Shown piece after piece: positions 1 to 12,640 of a stretch of 64,000 nt of DNA (within the stretch, counting starts at the first letter, position 1; the number at the start of each line of letters is the position of its first letter). Location: the NCBI RefSeq assembly GCF_048593235.1, contig NC_133622.1:239041198-239105197 (forward strand). Direction: 5' to 3'. The notes under the pieces were generated by a model. It searched no databases and had not been told where the DNA came from. It saw nothing but the letters and a program-made list of their open reading frames with translations. A program made the translations under genes and the position numbers. The stretch comes from Sminthopsis crassicaudata. Lineage: Eukaryota.

Positions 1-657
1 CCTTCCTACATTTAATTTTGAGATCTTTATGTCCTAATATATGGTCAATTTTTGTATAGGATCCATGAACTGCTGAGAAGAAAGTATATTCCTTTCTATT
101 GCCATTCAGTTTTCTCCAAAGGTCTATCATACCTAGTTTTTCTAATGTTCTATTTACTTTTTTAATTCCTTTCTTATTTGTTTTGTGGTTTGATTTGTCT
201 AAATCTGAGAGTGCAAGGTTGAGATCTCCCACTATTATAGTTTTACTGTCTATTTCTTCTTGCAACTCTCTTAACTTTTCTTTTAGAAAGTTAGATGCTA
301 TACCACTTGGTGCATATATGTTTAGTATCGATATGGCTTCATTATTTATGCTACCTTTCAGCAGGATATAGTTTCCTTCCTTATTTCTTTTAACTAGATC
401 AACTTCTGCTTTTGCTTGATCTGAGATAAGGATAGCTACCCCTGCTTTTTGGCTTTACCTGAAGCATAATAGATTCTGGTCCAACCTTTTACCTTTACTC
501 TATATGTATCTCCCTGCTTTAAGTGTGTTTCCTGTAAACAACATATTGTAGGGTTCTGATTTTTGATCCAGTCTGCTATCCGTCTCTGTTTGATGGGAGC
601 ATTCATTCCATTCACATTTACAGTTAAAATTACTAATTCTGTATTTCCTGCCATCAT
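1..657 (-). pseudogene. L1 ORF2 endonuclease N-terminus, disrupted
   Basis: ORF 436..657 reads MMAGNTELVILTVNVNGMNAPIKQRRIADWIKNQNPTICCLQETHL, matching the L1 EN motifs NVNG and CLQETH. The frame breaks at about 436. Confidence 0.95.
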
Positions 658-1127
658 ATTATCCCCATATTATGCTTTTTCCCTTGACCTCCCTTGTGAC
701 ACGCAGCCCTCCCTTTTTTTTTTTTAGTATCCCTCCCTCTTCCCTCCGAATCCCTTCCCTTATTCTCCTTTTCCTTTTCCCTTTTCCTCTACCCCCTTTT
801 AATGAGGTGAGAGAGAATTCTCTGAAAAACAAATATGTCAATTATTTACTCTCTGAGCCTCTTCTGATGAGAGTAAGATTTACACAATGATTCTCCCCCT
901 CTCTAAATTCCCTCAGAAATTATGTATTTTCTATGCCTTTCCTGGGATATAGTTTCCCTCTTTTTATCACTCCCTCCCCTTTTTCTGATACTACCCCCTT
1001 CCCTTTACTACACCCCCTCCTTTTTTTCTTTTATATCAGTAAAATCAAATTATCTATGCATACTTTCTATATACCCACAACAGAGATACAGTTCTCAAGG
1101 GTTCTGTGTACTTTTTTCTGTTTCTCT

Positions 1128-2295
1128 TCAATCTTGTGGATGTAGATCAAATTTTTTGTTTAAGTCTGGTTTTTTTCTTAGAAACATATGGACTTCCTCT
1201 ATTTCATTGAATGACCATCTTCTTCCATGGAAAAAGATGTTAAACTTAGCTGGGTAGTTTATTCTTGGTTGCAATCCTTGATCTTTTGCCTTTTAGAATA
1301 TCAGGTTCCAGGCCCTTCTATCTTTTAATGTGGAGGCAGCCAGATCTTGTGTGACCCTTATTGTGGCACCTTGGTATTTAAATTGTTTTTTTCTAGCTGC
1401 TTGCAGGATTTTCTCCTTTGTGTGGTAATTCTGCAGCTTAGCCACTATATTCCGTGGTGTTCATTTTTTAGGGTCCATTTCAGAAGGAGTTTGATGATTT
1501 CTTTCAACATCTACTTTCCCCTCTGTTTCTATTATCTCTGGACAGTTCTCTTTGATAATTTCCTGTAAAATAGAATCTAGGCTCTTTTTTTGGTCATAAT
1601 TTTGGGGAAGTCCAATGATCCTCAGATTATCTCTCCTAGATCTATTTTCCAGGTCTATAGATTTTCCCAGTAAGTATTTGACGTTATTCTCCAGTTTTTC
1701 ATTTTTTTTTTTTTTTGTTTGACTGATTCTTGGGTTCTTAATGAATCATTCATTTCTATTTGTTCCATCCTGACTTTTAAGGAGTTATTTTCTTCATTCA
1801 CAGTTTTTAGTTCTTTTTGTAAATGCCCAATTTCATTTCTAAATGAGTTATTTTGCTCTATTGAATTTTTTCCATTTCCCTGATTTTTTTTTTTTTTGAG
1901 AATTATTTTCTTTTTCCAATTCAGAAATCCTATTTTCTTGAGATTTTTTTATCTTTTCCAATTCAGAAATCCTACTTTCCTGTGATTTTTTAACCTTTTC
2001 TAATTCACAAATTTTATTTTCCTGCATCTCCTGTGAATTCTTTATTTTTTCCAACTCCAATTTCAGGACGTTGTTATTCTCTATCATCGCTTCCCTTTCC
2101 TTTCCCCATTTTTCTTCAAACTCTCTTAGCTTTGTAATAGTCTCTTCGAGGAGAGAGTTATGTGATGGGGGGGCAGGTATCTTTCCCCTTTAGGTTGTTA
2201 TCTGCTGACTCTCTGCTGTTAACTTCCTCGGGATTGGATACCTGCTCTTTCTCTGTGTAGAAGGAATCTATAGATTTTCTTTGCTTTTTACTCAT
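1128..2295 (-). pseudogene. L1 ORF1, frameshifted
   Basis: ATG at 2295 (MSKKQRKSIDSF). Coiled-coil ORF at 1848..2087. C-terminal QPRINYPAKFNIFFHG near 1220-1270 matches the ORF1p QPRISYPAKL motif. Breaks fall at poly-T runs. Confidence 0.88.
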
Positions 2296-3210
2296 ACTTA
2301 AAAAATCTTTTGAGGTCTTTCCCTGGGGTAGGAAATTATTTATTTATTTCTTTACCAGCTTCCTCCCAGACTGGGTGGATGCAGAGGCCCTTTCTGCCTC
2401 AGCTAAGAGAGCTCTGGGAGAGAGTTCCCCACCCCCTCCCTGGAAGTGCCTCACAGGTGATCAGCACTGGTGTGCTTTGAGGGTGCTGTGTTCTGGAGTC
2501 TTCCCTGAGGTTTGAGACTGAACAGTAAAGGTGACACAAAGCCCAGCCAATGCATCCTGGTGGGGCATGGATGTCAGCAGCTGGTGATGTGAAAAGCCCC
2601 TGTGCTCAAACTGGAAGTGTCTGTCAGAAACAGCAGTCCCTTGTTCAAAGGTTCTGCTTCTCTGGTACTTCCCAGGGCTGAGTTCTACAGCCTCCAGCCC
2701 AGCCAGGCACTATGAGTTACTGCCCCGCCCACTTTTCAATCTCTTAACTACCCCCAGGTAAAAGCCTGGATTGCCTATGTCAGCCACACCCACAGTGCCA
2801 AGTTCTGCTGAGTCACCCCCAGGACCTGGGAAGATCTAATCTGGTTTTAAAATTTTAAAGTGGCTTATTTTCTTTTCTGAACTGCTGTTTTATAAGCAGA
2901 GAAGAGCTAACAGCCTGTGCCAGATTCTTCTATCTGAGTGGCTTCTCTGATCCCAGAGCCCTCCCCAGCGCAATCGGCGCAGGGTGCCAGCACCCAGCCG
3001 TCTGTGCTGGCCTTTTTTCTTCCTCCCCTGGGAGCTGACCTTTCCTGTTGAAACTCCAGATTCTCTTCAGGTGGTAAGTTGTGCTTCCAGTCCTTGTGGA
3101 TTCTATCAGTCCAGCACTATTTCTGAGGCTGATTTTATCTAGTTGGTTGTGAGGGAAGAAAGGAGCTTAAACAATCGTGTGTATCTTCTCCGCCATCTTG
3201 GCTCCGCCCC
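2296..3210 (-). promoter_or_regulatory. L1 5'UTR with presumed internal Pol II promoter
   Basis: GC-rich segment of about 915 bp between the L1 5' end and the ORF1 ATG. Promoter function is inferred from L1 biology. Confidence 0.7.
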
Positions 3211-4399
3211 AGTTTTCTATTTTTTAATGGAGGATAATAATAGTATGCTGGGCACATAGTTATTAGGAGGACCAAATTAATATATTTAAAAATCTTTGCA
3301 AACATAAAGATGCTAATAATTATTATATAAATAATATAATACACATTACATTATTATCATTATTATTCATTCTTGTGTCAGATAGAGTATGAACCACATT
3401 TTTTTGTTCTGAATAAATCTTTATATGTCCAGAAGTTAAAATAAAATTCAAAAAAATATTTAGAATAAGTAAACCTTTCCTGAAATATTTCAAAGAAAAT
3501 AATTTCAGGCATCAGGATATCAAATAAAATAAACATTCCAAATTGTCCAAAAATTGTTAAGAGAAACAGAAAGAGGAAAAAAGGGAGAGAGGGAGGATGT
3601 ATTGGAGGGAAGAATAAAAGGAAGGAAGGAAGCATGCAAGAAGCAAGGAAGGAATAAACAAAGGGAAAACAATAAAATATCACTAACATAGACAAGTACT
3701 TAATAACAACAAAAGCCTTCCAAAAGTGAGGTGAATGAATACCAGTCAATCTGTGGAGGGGGAAATATATTAAAAATATGACCTTTAACCAAAACAAACA
3801 AACATTCTTGGCACAAACAAATAAAAGTTGGAAAACCCAAGGCAGAGAAAATTTAGATTTAAAATGTGAAGCCCTATAATGATAAACAGTTAAAATTCAA
3901 GTCTAAACAGGAAGACAATGCAGCTCATGAAGATAATCTCTTTCTTCCCCTTCCCCATTCCCTGACTGCAGCAGGGACACATGGGACCAGAGGGAGAAAA
4001 AGAAAGTATGCTTAATCAGTTTAATGAAATTTGTTATTTGAGATATGATAGTAAAAACGGTTTTGTATATGATTTTATTTTAAGTCAAAATATAGGTTAT
4101 TAAAACAAAGTTCCTGTAGTTTACCTTAGTGGAGGTCATTTTTGTATCACCCTAATTAAATGGTATGTTGTGTATATTGGGTAATTTGTTAAATTATGAT
4201 TTATGCCTTAAATTTTGTCAGTTCTACATGATATATGTATAAGTTTTATTAAATTTGATCCAAAGTTATTTAATTGTGAATCTTAAAAGTTTTAAATCTT
4301 TAAATTTAAATAAATAATCATTTAAAGACAAGGGACAAGAAAGATTGACTTTCAAAAGCTATTAATAGCTTAAATGGAACATATAGTGAGAAGGGTTAT

Positions 4400-7300
4400 T
4401 GATTTGGGAGCATGTTAGAGAAAGGGAAAGAGTATGTTGGAAAGGAGAGAGTATGTTGGAATTGGGAGGAGAGAGATAGATGGGATGAGTAACAGGGCAG
4501 AGATATTATGAGAGAGAAAGAAGGAGAAAGAAAGAGATAGGAAAATGGAAATTAGGGAAATGGTTAGGTTGGACAGAAAGGTACAACAAGCTCCTAGTGG
4601 AATTTGCCATTTGCTAGGAGAAAGGAGACATCCCATGAGGGACTCTCAGATTGGATCCTGGGGGACTTTGCACCTTAAAAAGGTTAGCTGTGAGAAGTGA
4701 GGGTCGGGAAGCATTGGTGGAGTAGGAAGGATTGCTACATGGAGTAAAATAAGGATAAGAAGACTTTATCATATGACAACCTAACTCTACCTCCCACACT
4801 AAGTGGAGTGCAGCTGTTTTTTTTAACAAATTGCAGCTCTTTGGAGCTCCCATCCTTCTTGCTGTTAGAAACATTAATTACTTATATTGTTTAAAGGAAC
4901 AGTCTACAGTTACATGATATTAATAACTGAATGTTTTATTTTTATTTTTCAAGTCTATAGATGCTCTCAAAGGCTTGTTGGAACCACAAGTTTTCTGAAA
5001 GCGATTTATTTCACCTAAGGTGTCCATCTGCCTTCAGCAAATTATTTAATGTTTAAGTGCATGAATGTTCCCATTGTTTAAGAAATATGATAAAAAAAAA
5101 AAAACCTAGAGCATTATTTTAATCTGATTTGATATGTTGATAGGGCTTTTTCCGTAAAGGAAGAGGACTTCACTTTAAGTGTAGGGAAGCAAACTTACAG
5201 ATCTGCTGCCCATTTGTTCCTGATCATGACAAATTTGTTTCCACAATTGGAGGAAGTTGACTTAATATTTTTTTTTTAACAATGAAGAAATTGTTAATTC
5301 TGATAAGGTTCTTTTATGTGAAACTAAGATATTCTATATGAATTTTAATTGATTGTATTGAATCATCTTAAAGTTGTACCCATCATTTAAAGAGATTCTG
5401 ATAGTAATAGTTTTTGCCTTTGTCCCTTTGAACATGTTCCTGTTATGGACAATATTCAATTTAGAATTCTTTTATGTATTGAATATTTTAAAAGCAAAAT
5501 AATCTGTGTAATGTTGAATTTAAAGCCATATACTTAAATACGAAAGATAAGTCGTAAACTTTCTAGGATAAATCTCTTACGGTGATCCTTGAGACTTAGA
5601 TTCATCTGAAGCTTTGGTTAATGAGAATTGCTATTAGAGATAAAATCATTTGGGGACAGCAGCTGATATTTTTTTGAAGTTTTAAATTTTGGTATTAGTG
5701 ATCATCAAGCCAGTACTCCATCATCTAAAAAGAGTATACCACAAGCTACTCAAAAGAAATTGTTACAGGTGGAAGTTAGTATCTGGGAACAAATTAGAAG
5801 GATGATCTTGGCCAATCCTTCTAATTTTTCAGTGGTGTTCTTTCTGGATAAGAATCCACCTGGTTATTCCTAATTTTGGCTTAATATGGAATCCTTAAAA
5901 TTGGGATACTTACCTTAAGTAAAAGTGCTTTAAGGATGCTTTATACTATATGTGCTGTCAGGTTAAGACCTGAAGGACCACTTTTGTTAAAATTTAAACC
6001 ATTTCACTGATTTTTCCTCTTATAAGGAATTTCAAAGCAAGTGGCCAGTGAAAGATATAAGGTATGATACATGTATATAGATGATATTCTGATTTTCAGC
6101 CCAGCCCTGGAGGATTCTTTGGTTGCTGCTATAAAATCTTTAACTCTTTTGCTTCCTGGGGCTAGAGTTTCTTGGTCTGAAGGCCTACTTTGCTTAAGTA
6201 TGTGGAGCCATTTTCACTTTCCCTTTTGTTCACTAGGAAAAGAAGCAGACAATCTAAGCACACCTTGATCAAGCCAAGGTGTTTAGGACCCTGAAAGCTA
6301 AAATATTCTGCTTAGAGCTTTTAACACTATATATTGATGGAAGGTGGAGTTAGGTTCTAGGAATCTCTGGAACCCTATCCTAGATCTCTTGCTTACTTTG
6401 CAAAGATCTATACTGACTTCAAATGTGTTTTTCATATTTTGCATGATCATGAGGTCTATGTGGAAAGAAAGGGGATTTTTGACAGCCAAATAATTCCCTA
6501 TTAAATATTCAGGGAAAACAATTACTGATAGCTGTTCATGGACCTAGAAAGGTTTCTGTTGTTTCCTAAAGGAAGGGAACTTCACTTCAGGTGAAGGGAA
6601 ACAGACTTACAGATGAGCTATCTATTTGTCCCTGATCATGACAACTTTGTTTCCCCAACTTTTGACTCCTGCATTCCCTCATATAACTTCCAGGCAAGTA
6701 AATTCTGAAAAGATTGATAAAAAGGCCTGCATATGTGCCCTCTTGCAGAAGCTTCAAACTGCTTTCAGTTTTAACACCAGTAAAAGTTGAGTAAAAGCCT
6801 TCCCTTGTAAGACTCTAGGAGTTTTGTTGGGAGAGATTATATTCAGGGTGCAATGCTCTACCCATTGCCCTTATTCCTTTGAGGAAACAAAAGTAAGAAT
6901 TTTGGGAAAACATTTTTTGGTATTTATCCTAGGAAAAGCTATTTGGATGAGAAGTATTTATGATAGTCTCATCTTCTTCCCCTTCCCCAGCTTTCCTCTG
7001 GATGGGGTTTCTGGTTATTGTTACTGTCTCTAGTAAATCCAACATTAACTACACTTTTGTTTATTCTTTCTCTTTTGCTCATATTTAGTCCTTTTATTTT
7101 TTAATATACTTGTGAGTTGCTTCTTCCACCAAGTCAGGAAATAACAAAAACTTGGTCAACCTGAACTCACCTGAGACTTGATTCTGATATTCAGCACTGG
7201 ACCCTGCTGCTGCCACCTACACTTATCTCCCCTTTTCAGTCCAAACTCCATTGGGTAGGGTCGGCTTTATGCCCCTTGTCAGCCTAAAGCAGTTCCCAGA

Positions 7301-7795
7301 AGATGAAACCCTTGTCCCTTTGTCCCAAATGAATCTGGGTCTGGACTGCTTGAAGTGAGGATAATGTGATATTGGGCCCTGAGGCCCTTGGACCTCCACA
7401 GCATTGTAGTTCTATGGCTGCCAGATGCCAATCTGTTCTGTGAGGACTGGGTTTCCAAGTGGAAGCTGGTGGAAGCAGACTCTGATTCTTGCTCATTGTT
7501 GTAAGCAGGAATATCCTGTTACCCATTTGCTTCTGTACTTAATCATTAGAGAAGTTCAAGATTTAGCTAAATTCAGGAATAGCTAAAGTGGCTCTTGAAA
7601 GCTTCCACTGGTGTGCTGGGATTATTTCTAAATAGTAGAGGGCAGATTACAGTTAGTATTGAGGAGGGACCAACCTGAAGGCCTAGGTCACAGAGATGCC
7701 CTAATGGAAGATATATCTTTATCTATATCTATATCTATACATACATAAATACTGGGGTGAGAAATATTCAAATGGATGAAAAGGGAGGGGGAAAC
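4400..7795 (+). mobile_element. Decayed, internally deleted class I (gamma-like/ERV1) endogenous retrovirus internal region
   Basis: pol remnants in order: IHLVIPN (5854-5874), KDA of LKDAF (5932-5940), YIDDILI (6074-6094), RNase H WKERGFLT (6461-6484) and GNRLTD (6597-6614), integrase *VKAFPCKT (6788-6814) and EIIFR. The left boundary is uncertain. Confidence 0.82.
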
Positions 7796-8138
7796 TGAAT
7801 GGGACTGATTGGATGACCATTTCTCAGTGTGAGACTAAATCACATGATCTCTATTCCCAGAGCCACAAGAGTATGTCTTGAACTCTGGGATGCAGGAAGT
7901 CACATGAAGTTAATGACCCATAGGAAGCAGACACTGTCCAATGAAAAAGGCTTAGATGTTTCCCTATTTAACATGATATTCTATTTTCTGCAGTTTGGAT
8001 CAAGCTCATGGTGGGAGCTGGGATGCCTCCTGGGCCTGCTGGTCCTCTTTCTGCAGGGACTAAATAAATGCTATTTGTACCCAAAGATGTCTCTGATTAG
8101 TTAATTTGGGAAAGGGGGTCTAGCATCCATCCCACACA
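7796..8138 (+). mobile_element. Candidate 3' LTR of the ERV
   Basis: A polypurine tract AAAAGGGAGGGGG (7779-7791) precedes TG at 7796. AATAAA at 8063; ends in CA at 8138. Confidence 0.6.
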
Positions 8139-8588
8139 ATTCCAATTATTTATTTATTCACTTTCTTTCTATTATCTATTTATTTTCATAAATATTATTA
8201 ACAAAATTATTCTTTGTAGAATTTTCCTGTTATTACATGGAAGAATAACACAATTTCACTTTTCAATTTCAGTATCAGTCATTTAATTTTTGGGGACATG
8301 GGACAATTCTAATACTGTTTTCCATCTATTATTGGTCATTATATACATATAAATATATGTACATAAATATACACACATACATATATATATATATACATAG
8401 TTACATATGTGGAATATAAATATAGTAATCTATAGCCATAGATATATTTCATTGATTAATTTATTTTGATCTATCATTCCATCATCATTATCTATTTCCA
8501 AAATATAAAGTAGTTGAATGATAATAAAATAAATGATGTAAACATCTAAATTGGAATCTCCACTGGGATTCTAAGGAAATTCCATGCT

Positions 8589-9350
8589 GTAAAAGTAATA
8601 TGGGAAACTGTGGGTTCCCTTGAGTGAGTTGTTTTGCAGACCTTGGGGAAAGACTCAGAAGATATTCTGGGATCTGGTTCTCCAGAGTCCTCAGTCAGAA
8701 CTTAGATACCTTTATCCATTCCCTGATTTAGCTCCTAGACATAGCATAATTGCTTCTTTTTGCTCCCTTTCCTTATTTTGTTTTAAATCAGGAAATAAGG
8801 AATATTTTGTTCTCCTGTTCAGTTCCATGGATGTTATGATAGCTTGAGTAGTTTGAAGTTGTGGGACTGTATATGCCCACTGATAACTTCAATCTATTCT
8901 TTTCTTAGGAGTTTTACCACTATGGAAATAATATTTTACCAAGCTTTTTCTCAACAATTCATAGCTTATTTAAGTCATAGAGTGGTGAGTATATAATTTG
9001 TGTATTGAATATATGGGTATCTGGGGCGAGACACAAGAGATTCTCTGTGTAATTCAAATAAATTCTCTAGTAATTTATTTAAGTCACCAATAACTACAAG
9101 GAGGAAGTAGGACTTAACCAGGATTTGGGCAAAGGGTGGAAAGCCTTTAAATGCAAATGTAGAGACAAGACTTTTTACCTTAGAAGATAGAATTGCAAAC
9201 CACTCTAAGACTTCTTACTCTGAATGTCTTTATTTTAAGGAAGATTTCTAGTTTCTGCTGATAGCAGAGAACAAAAAGCTCAATCAGGAAGAATTTTCTG
9301 GAGCTTATCATAAAAGAATCATTTTTAAATTCTGGAACTGTTCTTTGTAC
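8589..9350. mobile_element. Possible old LTR fragments
   Basis: TG...CA-bounded segments with LTR-like composition. No TSD verified. Confidence 0.3.
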
Positions 9351-9506
9351 TAAATCTATAAAGACAATGTATCTTAAATCTCATGCAAACTGAAAGGCAG
9401 AGCTAGAAGGGATTGCTGAGGAAATGAGGCTTTATAATCCTTTTAGTAATTTTTCCTCTTTGGTCTTTGATTAGTGTTGAAAATCTTAAGAGACAACTTT
9501 AGATGA

Positions 9507-9650
9507 TCAATCAACTACATATATACTTATTAAGCACTACCATGTTCTAGGTACTATTGAAAATGCTGGGGATACAAAAATAAGAAAAGACAGTCTCTGT
9601 CCTCAAGAAATTTGTAATCTAATAGAAGAGACATAAAATAATAAATATGT
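9507..9650. mobile_element. L2/MIR-type terminal fragment
   Basis: ttattaagcactaccatgttctaggtact...gctggggatacaaaa...tgtcctcaag resembles the L2 3' end motif. Confidence 0.6.
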
Positions 9651-9659
9651 GCCAACAAG

Positions 9660-9830
9660 CTATCTCGCTCTTCCTCTGTCTTCTTCTCCGTCTTCTTCTT
9701 TCTCCCTCTCCCTTTCCTTCTCCATCTCTCTTTCTTTATCTCTCCCTCTTCCTCTCCTTTTTCCTCTCCCTCGATGTGTGGCTGTGTGTGACATGCATAC
9801 ATACACATACATACACATACATACACATAA
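9660..9830. repeat. CT-rich and (TACA)n low-complexity tract
   Basis: Seen directly in the sequence. Confidence 0.9.
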
Positions 9831-10221
9831 ACATATGATAAATGAAAAATCATCAACAGAGGGAAGAAACTAGAAATAAAATAAAATATTTAATTAATAT
9901 CAGCTGATGGGCAATTGCCTAGCAGCTACCAATTCCTCAGAACAACAACAAAAAAAAAAACATGCATAGATCATATTAGTTTTAAACATACTCAGAACAA
10001 CATTACAGGGAGCAGATTTCTTGAGGCTGCTCAGCTGCTTTACTCTTTTGTGAGGTTGGGCAATAGAAACAGTTTATCAGCTGAGAGAAAGTCTTAACCT
10101 TGGGATTAAATCACAGGGCTCACTTGTTAGCCTTGTTGTCTTGGAAAGAATCAAAAATCAGATTTATTCTAGTAATTGTGTTTTTCCTAAACACACCATC
10201 AAACATCAAAATGTTTATATT

Positions 10222-10368
10222 TTAACATATTTAACATGTATTGGTCAACCTGCCACCTTTGGGGGGGGGAGGAAGGAGGGGAAAAATTAGAACAAAAGTT
10301 TTGGCAGTTGTCAATGTTGTAAAATTAACCATGCATATATCTGGTAAATAAAAACTATATTTAAAAAG
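10222..10368 (+). mobile_element. L1 3'UTR terminal fragment
   Basis: It is the reverse-complement homologue of 39890-40020 and ends in aataaaaa. Confidence 0.75.
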
Positions 10369-11032
10369 TATCAAAGTGTGACAGGCAGCATAGAAGATAG
10401 TGGAGAGCATATTTACATAAAAACAGAATTCTTATCCTCTTGTTGAATACAATTCAGATAGAGGTTCAATTTATGTAATTAGATAACTCCCTTTTTTGCT
10501 TAGTTGCTTTTTCTAGGCAGACGTTTCTCCCACACTCACAGAATACAGATTATATCCATTTTTCTCCAAGGATATTGAACATAGAATAACGGGATGATTT
10601 TTATATCAAGAAACTTTAGAGTAAGAAGGATTCTTTGAGAACAAGATGTCAGACGATAAGCCTATACCAAACAAAAATTCCTGTCTTTCTTTTATACATA
10701 TTAAAATCCATTCCTTCTACAAGGTCCACTTCCTCCTTCAAACTTCCCCTGACCTCTTTTCCCTTTCTTTATACCTACTTCCTTGTCCTATTTGTGGAAT
10801 TATTTAGTATTGTCTTATGACACTATTCAAGGGGCTTCCCTTGGTACTTTGGACATCAATTAGTGTCATTGTAAATTTCATGTATGTGTATCCCTATCCA
10901 TCACTCTGTTTAGAAGTATATAGACATATTTGTGAGAAACAATTTCTCTCAAGAATCTTAAAATCTAAAAAGGAGGGGTTAGAAAAAAAAAAGTATTTGT
11001 TATAAAACAAAAGAAGTATGCAATGTTTGTAT

Positions 11033-11609
11033 TGTAATGCCGGAGAAACTGAGGCAAGATAGAGATTAGAGAATTTTTAAAATATTTTATTAATTGGAGA
11101 GTTTAATTGATTGGACAGGACTCTCATCTCAAAGTATCCAGTAATGAATGGGGGAATAATAAACACTTTTATAGCTTTTCATACAAAGGAAAGGAAAAAG
11201 AGAGGGAAAAATTAGAAGCTTTGGTTCTATCAGGATGGGGGGGGGGGGAGCTGTAAATTTTTACTAAAAGCCAGAGTCAGAATGTTTGAATAACAGAAGT
11301 AAAGATGTCAGTGAAGTATCTGCAATAGTCTTATCTTTTGGAATATTTTAGAGGGGCAGTGTCATAAATTCTTGGGAGCAGAAGGAGCTAGGAGCCAGAA
11401 AGTCTGATCTGCTCCTCCTCTCCCATTGACAATTTATAACCTTAGAGCAAATGGTCCTCAGTCTTAATGAACCAGGGCGGGGTTTATGACTTAAGGGACT
11501 GAGGCAGAACAGTTTAGGAAACTGAGATAGGGAAACTCAGTCAGGACAATAAGGGAAACTAGTGCAGAGAAACTGAGGTAGAACAGCTCAAGGAGACTGT
11601 GGCATAACA
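11033..11609 (-). mobile_element. Solo LTR (ERV1-like)
   Basis: TGTAA...TAACA termini and a 4-bp TSD GTAT (11029-11032, 11610-11613). Carries tandem GAAACTGAG repeats, and TATA and AATAAA on the minus strand. Confidence 0.88.
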
Positions 11610-11959
11610 GTATATCTGTGTCTCTTCATCTGTAGGCATAAAATTTTTTTCTTTAATAGAATTGAAATGGATAATGGATCTGATGAGGCTCAGAAAATTT
11701 ATGTAACTTGGCCAAATTCACATTAATAGCAAATGACAAAGCCAGGAATTAAAATGAAGTATTTTTATCCAAATCTGAATTTTTTTTTGATTCATTTTTG
11801 CCTTAATTAGACTATATAGGGAAAGGTTCAAGGACTGGAATTGCTATTTCATTGATGCATAGGACTATCTGTTGAGGAAAATCCTTCTACAAATGTAATA
11901 TCAAACTTTCTTTGCACATACACATGCAAATTTGCTTCCTAAAATAGTAGGAATTGAAC

Positions 11960-12414
11960 TGTGAAAGCTGTTTAAAATATGAAGACAGTGTTTTAAAGAG
12001 TGACTAAAGGTCAGCTGTGCCTGGAGCTAGTTGTTTTATTTTTTTTTTCCTCCAGAATTCCCATGGTTTACAAGGAGTGGGACCTTTTCTTTGTGAGACT
12101 AAGTTGGGGCCACCTTGGCATTGAAAATCCTGTATAAGGTAATTTAAAGATGAGGTTGGCTTGAAAGTTTTTCCTCATTTATGACTTATATATGAGGTCA
12201 TTTGTCCTGGCTAATCAGGGCAAAGATCCAGATTATAGGGAGCATTAGTCCAGGCCCCTATATGATTCATGTCCATAAACTGAGCCTGGCCTCTCCTTGC
12301 CTAATAGCTTGTGGGTAAGGAGATGCCCTTTCTTGTGAGATCGTAATAAAATTCCTTTCTGCTTTTGCCTTGAAAAATCTTACTTTAATTGAGCTGGTGA
12401 GCTTGGCACACACA
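11960..12414 (+). mobile_element. Probable solo LTR
   Basis: TG...CA termini and AATAAA at 12345. No TSD found. Confidence 0.55.
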
Positions 12415-12419
12415 ATAGG

Positions 12420-12640
12420 ATAATAACATCATTAGTCATCCTGGCCCAATGCAGCACTGTCATCATTAAACTTGCATTCTTTTGGATTCTCTTTTGTGGT
12501 CTTGTTCTTTTAAAAAAAAATACTACACAGCAGTATCCCATGGAATAATTTATACTTAAGTATTAATGACATGAAATACACTGTTTTATGGGAATAATAT
12601 GGAATTATGAAACCAACTAACTTTCTGGGGGAAATAAAAG
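12420..12640 (+). promoter_or_regulatory. Candidate OR promoter/enhancer (homeodomain and O/E-like sites)
   Basis: TAATGA on either strand at 12429, 12463 and 12564. O/E-like TCCCATGGAA at 12536-12545. Confidence 0.35.

Larger units (their letters stand above)
1..3210 (-). mobile_element. LINE-1, 5' half (5'UTR, ORF1, inter-ORF spacer, start of ORF2), cut by the window edge
   Basis: The minus strand starts GGGGCGGAGCCAAGATGGCGG at 3210, a typical L1 5' end. A GC-rich 5'UTR, ORF1 remnants and the ORF2 endonuclease N-terminus follow in canonical order. Confidence 0.96.

Noticed and set aside
9554-9873. ORFs over CT/CA simple repeats
   Set aside because: Low-complexity artefacts.
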